This document shows positions 1-10,221 of a stretch of 64,000 bases of DNA, piece by piece. Under the pieces are notes generated by a model. That model had not been told where the DNA came from. It saw only the letters and a program-made list of their open reading frames with translations, and searched no databases. This DNA is from a virus: positions 1 through 64,000 of IMG/VR virus record IMGVR_UViG_3300021962_000028, one strand, 5' to 3'. A program made the translations under genes and the position numbers. How positions within the stretch are numbered: position 1 is the stretch's first letter; every line of letters begins with the position of its first letter.

Positions 1-2114
1 GTTTGATTATATTCAGAATCAATACTAATTTGATTACCATTTTTTCCTACCTTATAACCAACTTTAGAATCTGAATTTGCGGTAGACCAAGTCAGTCCTC
101 CTGATAATCCACCATTTCCATAGAAAGAATCGCCAGCAAAACCAAATTTAATACCATCTAAACCTGGCTCGTATAAATCCGCTAATACATTAGGTCCGTA
201 AACAGATGTTTGAACTTCTTCTCCAAACATATTTAAAGGTAATTTTCCCGAAGGACCATCAACATAACTAGGGTCAACTTCTTTACTACCCACATAATAA
301 CCCCCTTTAGTTGGGTTATCTAAAACACTATTTAATAAGTTTTTAGCACCATCAATAAGGTTACCAATGATTCCTTTATCATAATCAGGACCATATCTAT
401 TAAAACCTAACGTGTAATAAAGTTGTGATTTTTGACCTCCACCTGTGTTATTAAGAAATAATTGAGATGCTGACTTTTGATGTGTCAATCTACCTATTAA
501 TCCTTTATTACTACTAATACCAAGGGCTTTACCTATTTGACCCGCAAGGTTTAAGTTCTTAGGGTCAGTTTCAAAATAGTCACCAGGAATTTCAGAACCT
601 GGAAAATAAAAACCTCCAAGTCTCGCCGCAAAATCTGCAGCTCTAAATAAAATATTACCAGGTCGAGTAATTACCCAATCCCTTTCTACTAAAGGTATCT
701 TACCCTGTAACATTTGAACGGCCATCAATGGGTCGTTCGCTGCGTTAGGTAAATTAATTCTACCTACAGTATTTTTAATTAATTGTCTATCAATTCTTTC
801 TTTTAACTCTTGTCTAAGAGTTTTTGCACCAAGTTGTACAATATATGAGTCCTGAGATAAACTACCGTCAGAACCTGTAGGGTCGTCTTGTAATAATATT
901 TGGTAAGGCGTATAGTATGAAGGAACAAACGTAAAATATGAAGAAAAACTTGGTGTTAACTGTTTAGTCTCCACAGAATATAATTCAATATTTGCATTGT
1001 CCCAAGAATACTTATTTGCGGTTGGTAATTCCTGTTGTGATAACGCGGGATTATACGAAGGCCAACCAGCACCTGTTAAACTCTGTTCAGGTAGTGTCGC
1101 ATTATTTATGTCATACTCTTCAAATTTAGGCGCTAAAATAACACTACCAATTGAAAATAAATTAACATAAGGGGTACTCCATTTATTAACAGAAGGAATA
1201 TCTTCTTCAGAAATTGCACTAGAGTTATATGACGGCCAAGTATTACCGTTTAAACTTTGTTGTGGTAAACTAGCTAAATTTAAATTATATTGTTCGTATG
1301 TTGGGGATAGTATTACATCATTAATTTGATATAATAATATTGACGGTAACCCGTATTTGTTAACTGAAGAAATAGTATTTTCATTTATTGCTCCCGCATT
1401 GTACGCTGGCCACCCTAAACCATTCAAACTTTGTTGTGGTAATGAAGCGTGAGTAATATCGTATCTAGAATAAATTGGTGTTAGTAACAAATTACCAATC
1501 AACGCTAATTGTACAAAATCAAATGAATATTTGTTTACTGATGGAATATCTTCTTCAGATATTGCATTAGAATTATATGACGGCCAAGTATTACCATTTA
1601 AACTTTGTTCAGGTAAACTAGCATTTAAAACATCATATTCTTCAAATTTAGGGGTTAATAATAAATTACCAATTTGAGCTAATTGAATAGTGGTAAACGC
1701 CCATCTATTAACAGATGTAATATCTTGTTCGGAAATAGCATTAGAATTGTATGAAGGCCAAGTACTACCGTCTAAACTTTGTTGTGGTAATGAAGTGTCA
1801 GTAATATCATACACACCATTATTGTTTGATAAAACAATCGGTTGGGATTGGGTTATAGTGTCACCAAACCCACTAATTGGTCCGTATTCATTTAAATTAT
1901 ATAAACCGTGGAATGTAGGTCCTAAATTTTTAGGCGGATTCTCAATTAAAGAGTCGTCCTGATTAAGAACCCCCTCGTCTCTAAGAACAGTATCTCTAAC
2001 TATTGTACCCGATGGTGGTACATAACTACCTGGCACCGTATATGGTGATAAGTTTCGAGCTAATAACTTATTTCTAAAACCTTCTGTTGATGGAAATGTT
2101 AATGTACTTGGCAT
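1..2114 (-). CDS. Large putative tail/baseplate protein with five 58-aa repeats (partial; runs off the left edge, missing from the ORF track)
   Basis: Manual translation from ATG at 2114: MPSTLTFPSTEGFRNKLLARNLSPY..., with no stop seen to the window edge; directly downstream of the tape measure gene; TATTTAT motif upstream. Confidence 0.8.
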   Translation of the reverse strand, partial: MPSTLTFPSTEGFRNKLLARNLSPYTVPGSYVPPSGTIVRDTVLRDEGVLNQDDSLIENPPKNLGPTFHGLYNLNEYGPISGFGDTITQSQPIVLSNNNGVYDITDTSLPQQSLDGSTWPSYNSNAISEQDITSVNRWAFTTIQLAQIGNLLLTPKFEEYDVLNASLPEQSLNGNTWPSYNSNAISEEDIPSVNKYSFDFVQLALIGNLLLTPIYSRYDITHASLPQQSLNGLGWPAYNAGAINENTISSVNKYGLPSILLYQINDVILSPTYEQYNLNLASLPQQSLNGNTWPSYNSSAISEEDIPSVNKWSTPYVNLFSIGSVILAPKFEEYDINNATLPEQSLTGAGWPSYNPALSQQELPTANKYSWDNANIELYSVETKQLTPSFSSYFTFVPSYYTPYQILLQDDPTGSDGSLSQDSYIVQLGAKTLRQELKERIDRQLIKNTVGRINLPNAANDPLMAVQMLQGKIPLVERDWVITRPGNILFRAADFAARLGGFYFPGSEIPGDYFETDPKNLNLAGQIGKALGISSNKGLIGRLTHQKSASQLFLNNTGGGQKSQLYYTLGFNRYGPDYDKGIIGNLIDGAKNLLNSVLDNPTKGGYYVGSKEVDPSYVDGPSGKLPLNMFGEEVQTSVYGPNVLADLYEPGLDGIKFGFAGDSFYGNGGLSGGLTWSTANSDSKVGYKVGKNGNQISIDSEYNQ
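1000..1815 (-). repeat. Five tandem degenerate 174-bp (58-aa) coding repeats
   Basis: Anchor AAACT(T/C)TGTT at 1078, 1252, 1426, 1600, 1774; unit approx. YD...SLP(Q/E)QSLNGxxWPSYNxxAISExDIxSVNK. Confidence 0.9.
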
Positions 2115-2172
2115 CCCTTAATTTTATCTATAAATAGATAATAGTTTTATTTTTTTTAAAGTATCTATGATA

Positions 2173-4236
2173 TTATGCAAACGCAGAAGTCGGAGTAAAT
2201 AAATTACCCGCCTTGGCTTTATTCTCACCACTACCTTTAAGGTCGTTCATCATTCTTTCAGTTCGACTATTTCCTTGGTAGATTGCACTTGCAACGTCAG
2301 ACTTAGATAACATATCCATAACAAAACTTTCCATTCCAATAGGGTTAACATTAACACTAATAGAACCATCGACCTTAACAGTACCTGTTTCAGGTATCGC
2401 AGGTGTTGTGTTGTTATTATTATTAATATTAGAGTTAGGTATTTGATTTGGCGTTATTGTTGAGTTTGGAGTTATGGTAGCATTTGGTATTGCAGTTTGT
2501 ACATTAGAACTATTAACTGTTTGACTTCCCGATAACCCATTTAACGCAGTATTGATTTGTTCTTTAACGGTCTCAGGAATTCCTGTTAACATACTACTAT
2601 TAAGTAGTGTTTTAAATGCCGTAAGGTCAACATTACCTCCCCACATCTCCTGAGATTCTGAATAGTTTTGTGGAACATTACCAACGGCACCTTTAATTTG
2701 TTCGTATGCTGCCTTACCACCTGAAACCATTTCTTGCCCCGCTCCCGCAACATCACCTTTACTAAGTTTATCAAATGATTTACTAAGAACGTCGGTTAAC
2801 TTTTGAATATTTTTAGATATTGTTTCTACGTGAATTTGATTTTTATCATTAGCATCTCGTTGTAACCCCATAGTCATATTTATGGTTTCTTGACCTGTGG
2901 CAACAATTTTACCAAGACTTTCAATATCTTTAACAAAACTAGGTTGTGTCGCAACTGCACGTCCTACAACTCCTTGTCTTGCGGCTATTAAGTTTTCAAT
3001 ATTTTTTAAAATACCATTAGCCTCCAACTGCATTTTTGCGGGACTTGCTAATTTTTCATTCATTGACTGAATTTCTTTTAAGTCTTCAGACTTAACTTCA
3101 GAAACTAATTTTTCTTCACCTGAAGCGGTTTTAATAATATATTGACCCTCAAATTTACCACCAGTCGCACCAAGTTGAGCCATACCCGCAATCATTTTTT
3201 TAGAATCTTCGTCGGCAAATTCAGGGTTAAATGTAATTTCCCTCATTTTTCTATCAAGGTCCCCCGCATTCATTGCCCACTTCGCAACTTGGTCGGCACT
3301 CATACCCATTTCTTTAGCGATTTCTCTTAATTGTCCTTGGGCACCAGGTAAAATTCTAATACTTTTAGTTTGTTCATCAAAATAAGTCATTGATTTTAAC
3401 GCCTTACCAACTTCTTCTTGTAGTTTAGCAGGGTCATTTCTTGACATATCCATTAATTTATACGGGTCAAGTAAACTAGACACTTGGACACCTAATCTTT
3501 GAAAGGCTGCTGACATTTGAACCGCGGCATCAGGTTCAAATAATTTATCCGCCAAACCTAAAGTTTGACTCATATCAATTCTTAATAAAGACGCTTGAGC
3601 GGCCATTTTAGCCATACCTTGTACACCTCCATCAAAGTTGTACAAAGCCATTTTACCCATCTGACCTTCTAATTGTTTATATACGGATTGTGACGTTACA
3701 CCTAATTCTTTTGCGGAATTAAGAATACCCGTCATTTCTTTACCAATATTATTAATTCCATAACCCGCATTTGCAAACATAGGTATCATTGCTGAGGCTT
3801 TAGCCCCCGCATTTTCACTCATACCAGCAACTAAGGAACCCGCGGCATATAATTCTTTATATTGGTCAGTATTTAAACTTGATTGAGTCTGTAAACCTTC
3901 AATTACACCTTTTTGAATTTTTGCAACATCAGTAATACTTCCACCTAATGCGGCAACTGACGGTGTTGCGTCTCTAAGAAGGTCTCTAGTATTCTGAGCC
4001 ATCTGTTGACTACCTGCAAATAGTCTTGAAACTGAGTTAACAGTAGATTCAACAGTTTCAATAGATTTTTTAATTTCATCCGCAAACCCACCTAACTGTG
4101 TGTTTGCTTTTGTCATCGCTTTAATAACAGAATCAAGACCTGGTAATACTTCTAACTTAACTCTAGACGCCTCTTCGTTTTGTTGTCTTAACGACTCTAA
4201 ATCTTTTTCATTGTCTCCTTTAGTACCTTGTAACAT
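2173..4236 (-). CDS. Putative tail tape measure protein
   Basis: 687 aa, Ala/Gln/Met-rich and helical; synteny tube - chaperone - this gene. Confidence 0.7.
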   Translation of the reverse strand: MLQGTKGDNEKDLESLRQQNEEASRVKLEVLPGLDSVIKAMTKANTQLGGFADEIKKSIETVESTVNSVSRLFAGSQQMAQNTRDLLRDATPSVAALGGSITDVAKIQKGVIEGLQTQSSLNTDQYKELYAAGSLVAGMSENAGAKASAMIPMFANAGYGINNIGKEMTGILNSAKELGVTSQSVYKQLEGQMGKMALYNFDGGVQGMAKMAAQASLLRIDMSQTLGLADKLFEPDAAVQMSAAFQRLGVQVSSLLDPYKLMDMSRNDPAKLQEEVGKALKSMTYFDEQTKSIRILPGAQGQLREIAKEMGMSADQVAKWAMNAGDLDRKMREITFNPEFADEDSKKMIAGMAQLGATGGKFEGQYIIKTASGEEKLVSEVKSEDLKEIQSMNEKLASPAKMQLEANGILKNIENLIAARQGVVGRAVATQPSFVKDIESLGKIVATGQETINMTMGLQRDANDKNQIHVETISKNIQKLTDVLSKSFDKLSKGDVAGAGQEMVSGGKAAYEQIKGAVGNVPQNYSESQEMWGGNVDLTAFKTLLNSSMLTGIPETVKEQINTALNGLSGSQTVNSSNVQTAIPNATITPNSTITPNQIPNSNINNNNNTTPAIPETGTVKVDGSISVNVNPIGMESFVMDMLSKSDVASAIYQGNSRTERMMNDLKGSGENKAKAGNLFTPTSAFA

Positions 4237-4263
4237 AGATTAATTTTAATATAAATAGATTGA

Positions 4264-4428
4264 CTAATTATTTTTTGGAGTTATTTCCTTAACAAATTGG
4301 TCAATTATATATCTCCGTAGATATACGGGCATAGAAAGAAAGTCTGTATATGACACATTTAAGTGTTTAGTACAGACATAGTATTCCCAAGATTGGGTTT
4401 CTCGATAATTAGAAGAAAGGCCGAAAAA
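4264..4428 (-). CDS. gp51-like C-terminal extension of the tail/baseplate chaperone, probably reached by frameshift
   Basis: Open +1 frame overlapping the end of 4409..5164: FFGLSSNYRETQSWEYYVCTKHLNVSYTDFLSMPVYLRRYIIDQFVKEITPKNN*; no ATG before codon 33. Confidence 0.65.
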   Translation of the reverse strand, partial: FFGLSSNYRETQSWEYYVCTKHLNVSYTDFLSMPVYLRRYIIDQFVKEITPKNN

Positions 4429-5164
4429 ACTCCACCCCAAAGGCTATATTCGCATATACCTCTTTTCCTGACGGGGCGTTAACTTTTCTGACTAAGTCAA
4501 GTCTTGGTTCATTTTCCTCAACAAAGTTTCTTATAAACTTAGCATCTGATATAGGTAAAGAGTCAATGGTTTGTGTTATAAAAGCAACATCTGAATTACC
4601 ATCAATTTCCACAACCATTTTATTTAATTTCCAAGTTTGTTTTGGGGCAATTCTACCAACAGGGTATTGGTCGGCCATTTTATCCAACTCACTAAGTTCC
4701 CCAAATGATAACGGTTTTAACTTTACTGTAGAATTAGACTTTGGTAATTTAACAACAAAATAACCTTCGTCATTAGGTTTTTGTGTAGTTTCTTTGATGT
4801 ATAACTCATCTAATAAAATAGTGGTTTCAAATTTTTTACCTGTGTCAGGGTCACTTAATGTAATATTATATTCAGGTCCAAACGCACTATTTCTTAAAAA
4901 GATAAGAATAGCTTCTAAGTCACCTTGTAATAATTCGTCAGGTCTTAAATCTGGTTCGTATAATTTATTACGTAATAACGTAATAACCAAACCATCTTTA
5001 CCTATACTGTCACCAGCCATTAAGATGTTTTCATCTGCCGCGGTAAGATAACCTACTTTAACCGCTTTCTTTTTATTTTTGTAAAATACTCCTCCTGTAG
5101 GTAGTTTTACTACATCGTGAGGTAGAGAGAAGTTTTGTTGTCCATATTGTTGTGTTGTATCCAT
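4409..5164 (-). CDS. T4 gp26-like baseplate hub / tail assembly chaperone
   Basis: VKLPTGG..YLTAADENIL..LLQGDLEAILIFLR pattern; lies between tube and tape measure. Confidence 0.7.
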   Translation of the reverse strand: MDTTQQYGQQNFSLPHDVVKLPTGGVFYKNKKKAVKVGYLTAADENILMAGDSIGKDGLVITLLRNKLYEPDLRPDELLQGDLEAILIFLRNSAFGPEYNITLSDPDTGKKFETTILLDELYIKETTQKPNDEGYFVVKLPKSNSTVKLKPLSFGELSELDKMADQYPVGRIAPKQTWKLNKMVVEIDGNSDVAFITQTIDSLPISDAKFIRNFVEENEPRLDLVRKVNAPSGKEVYANIAFGVEFFRPFF

Positions 5165-5166
5165 AT

Positions 5167-5208
5167 AAAAAAAATAACCATAGAGAGTTTATAGTGTCCC
5201 TATGGTTA
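5167..5208 (-). terminator. Rho-independent terminator after the tail tube gene
   Basis: TAACCATAG...CTATGGTTA inverted repeat followed by a T run on the minus strand. Confidence 0.6.
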
Positions 5209-5246
5209 AATATAGTAGTATGTATTTTTTTATCAATAGTATTGTA

Positions 5247-5735
5247 TTAGTAAACTAAGATACATCTGTCCATACGTAAAGATGCACTAATTTGTACTAA
5301 TCCGTCATTTGAGTAACCTAAATCACCAAATGATACGTCAGTTAAGAATGTACCTTCCAAAATCCATTTCTCAACAACAACACCTGTTGGGTCTAACATT
5401 TCAAGGTCGACATTTTTCTTGTAACCTGCAGCATAACCCATACGTCCTGTAACTGACTCAGCGTGTAAACGAACCCACTCCATAAGAGCTTGTGCTGCCG
5501 AAGGACCGATTGGGTCACGGAATTTAACAGAAATAGGGTCCCAGTTGAATCTACCTGCAACGAATGTTGATGTATTTAAAAACTGAATCTCAGTTGGATT
5601 AATTTTAATGTGTGGTCTAGAAGTTGATTCTACAAACCATTCGTTAATACCTAATGTAGAAGGAAAACGTAAGATAAATCGGTTCTGACGTTTCGGTTCG
5701 TACGGTATCGGCATTTTCATCAATAAATCAGCCAT
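5247..5735 (-). CDS. Tail tube protein (T4 gp19-like)
   Basis: YEPKRQNRF..AGRFNWDPI..LMEW..YKKNVDLEMLDPTG..W.LEGTF; downstream of sheath. Confidence 0.9.
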   Translation of the reverse strand: MADLLMKMPIPYEPKRQNRFILRFPSTLGINEWFVESTSRPHIKINPTEIQFLNTSTFVAGRFNWDPISVKFRDPIGPSAAQALMEWVRLHAESVTGRMGYAAGYKKNVDLEMLDPTGVVVEKWILEGTFLTDVSFGDLGYSNDGLVQISASLRMDRCILVY

Positions 5736-5886
5736 AGTATTTTATTTTTAATTATTTTGTTTTTTATTTATTACTATAAATACTTCCAACTTGAAAATTT
5801 TTGTATTTACTTTATTTTTTTATTCTGTAATCTTCTACTAGAAAATATCTAGTTATTGATTATTTCTAGTTTTTATTATTAATTTA

Positions 5887-6702
5887 TTAATATTTAACTT
5901 TTTCTCCTCCTGATGTATAATAAGTTTGTAAGATATTATCTGGTTTATCTTCAAAATGTTTCTTAACTGTTTCCACATTCTTAAGGTCATCATCGGAAAA
6001 TCCTATTGTAGGTACAAAATTATTACTCACTTTATTTTTAAGGAACGCTTTTTTATGTAACTGAGAAGATAATTCTCTAACATATCCCACAAATTCTTCC
6101 AAAGCTTTCACTTTTTCTTCCTCAGGATTTGCCTCCGCACCTGTACCAAAAGAAACAGGGTAAAATTTACATAAGTCAAGATAACTTTTAATTAACTGAG
6201 CGTCGGACAATTCACTTTCGTCTGAAAAATTTCTGTATTTTTTTAAGTTTTTTAATAATTCGTCTTTATTGATACCATTAAATCCTGACACAATATAGTT
6301 ATAAACTCCTTCTTTTAAAGTCTTAGGGTTATGTCCTCTCGCGGTTACTATCGAAAAAATTGAACCGTTGTTAATACATTCAACAAAATCATCCCAAGCT
6401 GGTCCTGGTTTTGCCAACATCGCGTCAACTAAAAACGCCTTATCACCTGGTGTTCTAAAATTTCTAAACGGGTCTTCCGCAAAACCTACAATGGTAGTTC
6501 CGTTATAATCAAACTCTTCTTTACCAATTTTAGACCTATAATGTGCAAAATCCTCGGTAGTCATACCGATATCTTCACCTTTATCAGATTTCACCATAAT
6601 TCTTGTTGGCATTGTTACGATATTGTCGTCCCAATCAAAAGCATAATACTTTAAATCTGGTGTCCCTTCTTCAGTAAATCCTTCTTTTATTCTTCTTTTC
6701 AT
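5887..6702 (-). CDS. HAD-superfamily hydrolase-like protein
   Basis: AFDWDDNI (DxD), IVTARGH, GFSDDDLKN motifs. Confidence 0.7.
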   Translation of the reverse strand: MKRRIKEGFTEEGTPDLKYYAFDWDDNIVTMPTRIMVKSDKGEDIGMTTEDFAHYRSKIGKEEFDYNGTTIVGFAEDPFRNFRTPGDKAFLVDAMLAKPGPAWDDFVECINNGSIFSIVTARGHNPKTLKEGVYNYIVSGFNGINKDELLKNLKKYRNFSDESELSDAQLIKSYLDLCKFYPVSFGTGAEANPEEEKVKALEEFVGYVRELSSQLHKKAFLKNKVSNNFVPTIGFSDDDLKNVETVKKHFEDKPDNILQTYYTSGGEKVKY

Positions 6703-6717
6703 ATTTTAATTTAAAGG

Positions 6718-6742
6718 CTAAAGGTGGGGATTACTCCCCACC
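6718..6742 (-). terminator. Stem-loop after the tail sheath gene
   Basis: GGTGGGGA-TTAC-TCCCCACC perfect 8-bp stem with a short T tail on the minus strand. Confidence 0.65.
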
Positions 6743-6751
6743 ATATAAGTA

Positions 6752-9700
6752 TTAGATATTGTCAAATGACGCACCTGTTGGTGTAATCAAGAACTCAATA
6801 TCGATGAATTCTAACGCTTTAGTTGGTTTGATGTAAATTTTACCTACTAATTGGTTTTTATCTAAGTCTTCAGGAGATGAAGAAACTGTTACACGGAAAT
6901 CGTATAAACCTCTGTCTCTTCTGATAGCATCTAAGATAGGATTAACCGCGTCCAAGAAATCTTGTCTAACTTTCGCATCGTTTTGTTCAAACAGTAATCT
7001 AACCGCCACCGCTGAAATCAATTTACGTGCTTGTAATAACAATCTTCTTACGTTGATTCTATCAAGAGCCGACTCTCTAATTTGTAGAGTTTTGTTACCC
7101 CAAATTACAGTACCAACATCAGAGAAGGTTGCGATTGGGTTAAGTCTACCTACATATAAAGTATCTCTATCTTCTTGTGTTAATTTACGTCTCGCTTTAA
7201 TTGCGTTTACAAGACCTCTTGTGTAACCCGCAGATGCGAACCAAGGGAACGCGATGTTGTCGGTTAACGCTAAGTTTCTTGTTACTTCCGCAGTAGCTGG
7301 AATGTAAATTTGTGTATTGTTAACTGTATCACGAGTTAATACCCAAGGGTAGTAAGTTGCCGTGTAGTTAGAGTCAATACCTGTCTGTTCTAAGTTATCT
7401 ACCGCTTCTTGTGGATAAATCATATCTAAAGTATCGGTTGTAGAAGGTACAAACATATTAAAGTCAGGAGTAGTACAGATATATAATGAATCCGCTCTAT
7501 CGTACTCAATCATTTCAATCGCTTGTTCAACTAAGTTACTATTATTTACATAATCAATACCTGGTGTTACGAACACGTTAATGTTCACCGCCTCAGGGTT
7601 TGAGAATGTTTTTTGTCCTAATAGGTATGCGTAGTAGTCAGTATTCGCCCAATCTTGAGTATTATCCCCAACTGTTATACGTTTAAACATACCTGTACCA
7701 GTAGCATTTGGATATCTATCTGAATAACAAGCTCCCGCCAAATAACCTGAAGAACCTACTTGGAATCTATCTGAGTTTGTACGGTATTCTCTATAAATGT
7801 CCCATCCGTCGAAACCTCCGTGAACCATTAATGAGAATTTTCTTGCGTATAATCTGTAATAAGGGTTATTAGCGTTTGTTGGGTCATTTCTAAACTCAGC
7901 ATCACCAACCGCGAATGCCGTTCTACCTGAAGTAGCATATAAGTCAGCGATTTTAACAACAGTTGCTCCTGAGTCCATATGGAATCCTTTAGTTAAGTAA
8001 GACCAATCTTGTAATACAGGGTCACAAGTAGTACCTAAATTTTGTTTACCAACATATTGGAAAAAGTCTAAATCATAACCTGCTCCCGCCGCGGTAGATA
8101 AACCTAAGTAAGTTCTTCTTACATTGTCACCCGCACTAATCGCTGGATTATCTTGACCATTACTATATCCAAATGGAGGGTTGAAAATAACTTCTCCTGG
8201 GAAATCATACTTTGTTTTATAAACAGGGAATGGAGATTTTACCGATTCGTAGTTTCTAAAAGTATAACCTTCAAAACCACAAGGTAATGAATCTGTAGGT
8301 GCATCTTCATTAATTTCAACCATTACAAATTTAGAGTTCAATGCGTATTCCCCATCTGCCGTACCAATTTTTTTAGCTACGAAATTATTTAGATTAGGGT
8401 CCATAGAACAATTAGTGAATTTTTCTAACACAACAGGTGCATCATCAGTATCGTACCAATCACGGATAACAACATCAAATGTTTGATTTCCGAATGACAT
8501 ATTCATAATTGAAATTTTCAATTGGTCATTTGCCGAATTACCGTCAGCGATTGAGATAAATTTAAATAATCTGTAAACTTTAGTACCTCTTAATTCAGAC
8601 ACTAACCAAGGTGATTCAGGTGTTTGATATCTTTCACCGTAGTATCCAATACTTGAAGAGTTGTTACTTCTTGATTCTGGAGTTGAAATTAATTCCGCTC
8701 TAAGTCCTCTAATATATCCTTTTTTGAACGCCCAATTTAACATACTTGAGAATGTCTCCTCAACAAATAATGGGACCTCAGTTCTTGGTTTAGCAAAATT
8801 ACTTCCACCAAATACTTTTGGTAAGTAAGTTGCGTCTGACTCTTGTAATGAAGTTTTAAATACAAATGTTTTACCTTCATCATTTGTTACATTAATTGCA
8901 AATGGTGCAAATGGGTTTTTCTTAACCGCAGAATAACTACCTGTAAAGTCTAAGGTAACCGCACTTAACGCACTAACTTCATAAGTTGGTCCGTCATTAG
9001 TTGTATCATAGGTAGTTAAACCTCTTGACCTTAAAGTTGATACAATTAAATTATTGTAGTTACTGTAAGAAGTACCTGTATAGTAATAAATTTTACCGTG
9101 AAGAGTACCCGTAAAGCAATCAGGTTGTGTTGTAGTTGTTGTAGTTATAGGTGATGTCGTTGTAGTAGTTGCACAAGGATTCAAAGTTGTTGTTGTAGTT
9201 GTTACAGGAACCGTTGTTGTAGTTGTAGTAGTACCTGTTTTAGGTAACATAACCAACTCTGAAACTACAGTCCAAAATGACATACCTGAATAACTATCAC
9301 CACTGAAATTTTCAAATAATGAATAATACCAAGAATCGTTGTATGATGAAGAGAAGTCTGTGTTCGCCTCATTAACACTTGGTACATTTAATACGTTATT
9401 AGCGTCTGTAAATACAGGTGATAAAATATCGTAGTCGATATTATCAATACTACCCCAATAGTTAATTGATGTACCACTCAAACTTGGTTGAGCAAATATT
9501 GATAATAATTGTTGGTTAATGTCAGTTTTTAAAGTTGACACTCCACCGTTAAATTTAGTATATTGGTTATTAATAATGTTTTGAATTTCATCAGGGAAAT
9601 TAGTTACATATGTAATTGAACCATCTTGGTTACTACATCCTGTGAATTCAACATCAAAACTAAGTGATACACCTGTACAAGTAATGTCACAAGTATTATC

Positions 9701-10102
9701 ATTATAGTTAGGAATACTAGCACAAACCTCATCCATTTTAATCGTTGTAGGGTCTACGTTAGCAATTGTTTGAATTGACCAAGAAGGACCCGCATCGTAT
9801 CCTGACAAACCTAATACTCTTGTCATAAACATTTGATTAGATTGTTGTAGATATGATTTTGCTATATACGCCGATTCGTACTTAGGGATTTGCGTGTTTA
9901 TAAATTTTTCAGGGTTCGTTCCCCCGAAGTAAGTTTGGAACTCATCGTAATTACTAATGAAGATAGGTTCAAAAGCGGGACCTTTTAAAGCCTCACCTAC
10001 AACCCCTAATGTAGTAACACCAACACTTTGAGTAACAAAGCTTAAGTCTCTTTCTGATGTGTACACTCCTGGTGACACGAATACTTTACTGTTTGTTGCC
10101 AT
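6752..10102 (-). CDS. Tail sheath protein (T4 gp18-like) with a Thr-rich insertion
   Basis: FVSPGVYTSERDLS N-terminus; PWFASAGYTRG, WGNKTL, RINVRRLL, IKPTKALEFIDIEF. Confidence 0.95.
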   Translation of the reverse strand: MATNSKVFVSPGVYTSERDLSFVTQSVGVTTLGVVGEALKGPAFEPIFISNYDEFQTYFGGTNPEKFINTQIPKYESAYIAKSYLQQSNQMFMTRVLGLSGYDAGPSWSIQTIANVDPTTIKMDEVCASIPNYNDNTCDITCTGVSLSFDVEFTGCSNQDGSITYVTNFPDEIQNIINNQYTKFNGGVSTLKTDINQQLLSIFAQPSLSGTSINYWGSIDNIDYDILSPVFTDANNVLNVPSVNEANTDFSSSYNDSWYYSLFENFSGDSYSGMSFWTVVSELVMLPKTGTTTTTTTVPVTTTTTTLNPCATTTTTSPITTTTTTQPDCFTGTLHGKIYYYTGTSYSNYNNLIVSTLRSRGLTTYDTTNDGPTYEVSALSAVTLDFTGSYSAVKKNPFAPFAINVTNDEGKTFVFKTSLQESDATYLPKVFGGSNFAKPRTEVPLFVEETFSSMLNWAFKKGYIRGLRAELISTPESRSNNSSSIGYYGERYQTPESPWLVSELRGTKVYRLFKFISIADGNSANDQLKISIMNMSFGNQTFDVVIRDWYDTDDAPVVLEKFTNCSMDPNLNNFVAKKIGTADGEYALNSKFVMVEINEDAPTDSLPCGFEGYTFRNYESVKSPFPVYKTKYDFPGEVIFNPPFGYSNGQDNPAISAGDNVRRTYLGLSTAAGAGYDLDFFQYVGKQNLGTTCDPVLQDWSYLTKGFHMDSGATVVKIADLYATSGRTAFAVGDAEFRNDPTNANNPYYRLYARKFSLMVHGGFDGWDIYREYRTNSDRFQVGSSGYLAGACYSDRYPNATGTGMFKRITVGDNTQDWANTDYYAYLLGQKTFSNPEAVNINVFVTPGIDYVNNSNLVEQAIEMIEYDRADSLYICTTPDFNMFVPSTTDTLDMIYPQEAVDNLEQTGIDSNYTATYYPWVLTRDTVNNTQIYIPATAEVTRNLALTDNIAFPWFASAGYTRGLVNAIKARRKLTQEDRDTLYVGRLNPIATFSDVGTVIWGNKTLQIRESALDRINVRRLLLQARKLISAVAVRLLFEQNDAKVRQDFLDAVNPILDAIRRDRGLYDFRVTVSSSPEDLDKNQLVGKIYIKPTKALEFIDIEFLITPTGASFDNI

Positions 10103-10221
10103 TATTTTTTAATTTCTATTCAGATTTATTTAATCATAAATATTTGTTTTTGCACCAAAAAACTTTACTTTTTAAAACATATTTATATTCTGGCAGACTT
10201 TTTTCTGCCTTTTTTCTACTT

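Noticed and set aside
1000-1815. Regular repeats as a CRISPR array or DGR template
   Set aside because: 174-bp period, degenerate and in frame within a coding region; no cas or reverse transcriptase gene in the window
1690-1962. 90-aa plus-strand ORF from the track
   Set aside because: Antisense shadow of the long minus-strand gene starting at 2114
2129-2136. Canonical T4 late promoter TATAAATA on the plus strand
   Set aside because: Points away from the adjacent gene here and at the other sites; treated as sense-strand TATTTAT
10057-10221. N-terminal extensions given by the ORF track (also at 12524, 38024, 52604, 62094)
   Set aside because: They use non-ATG or overlapping starts across intergenic DNA; downstream ATGs fit domain boundaries better
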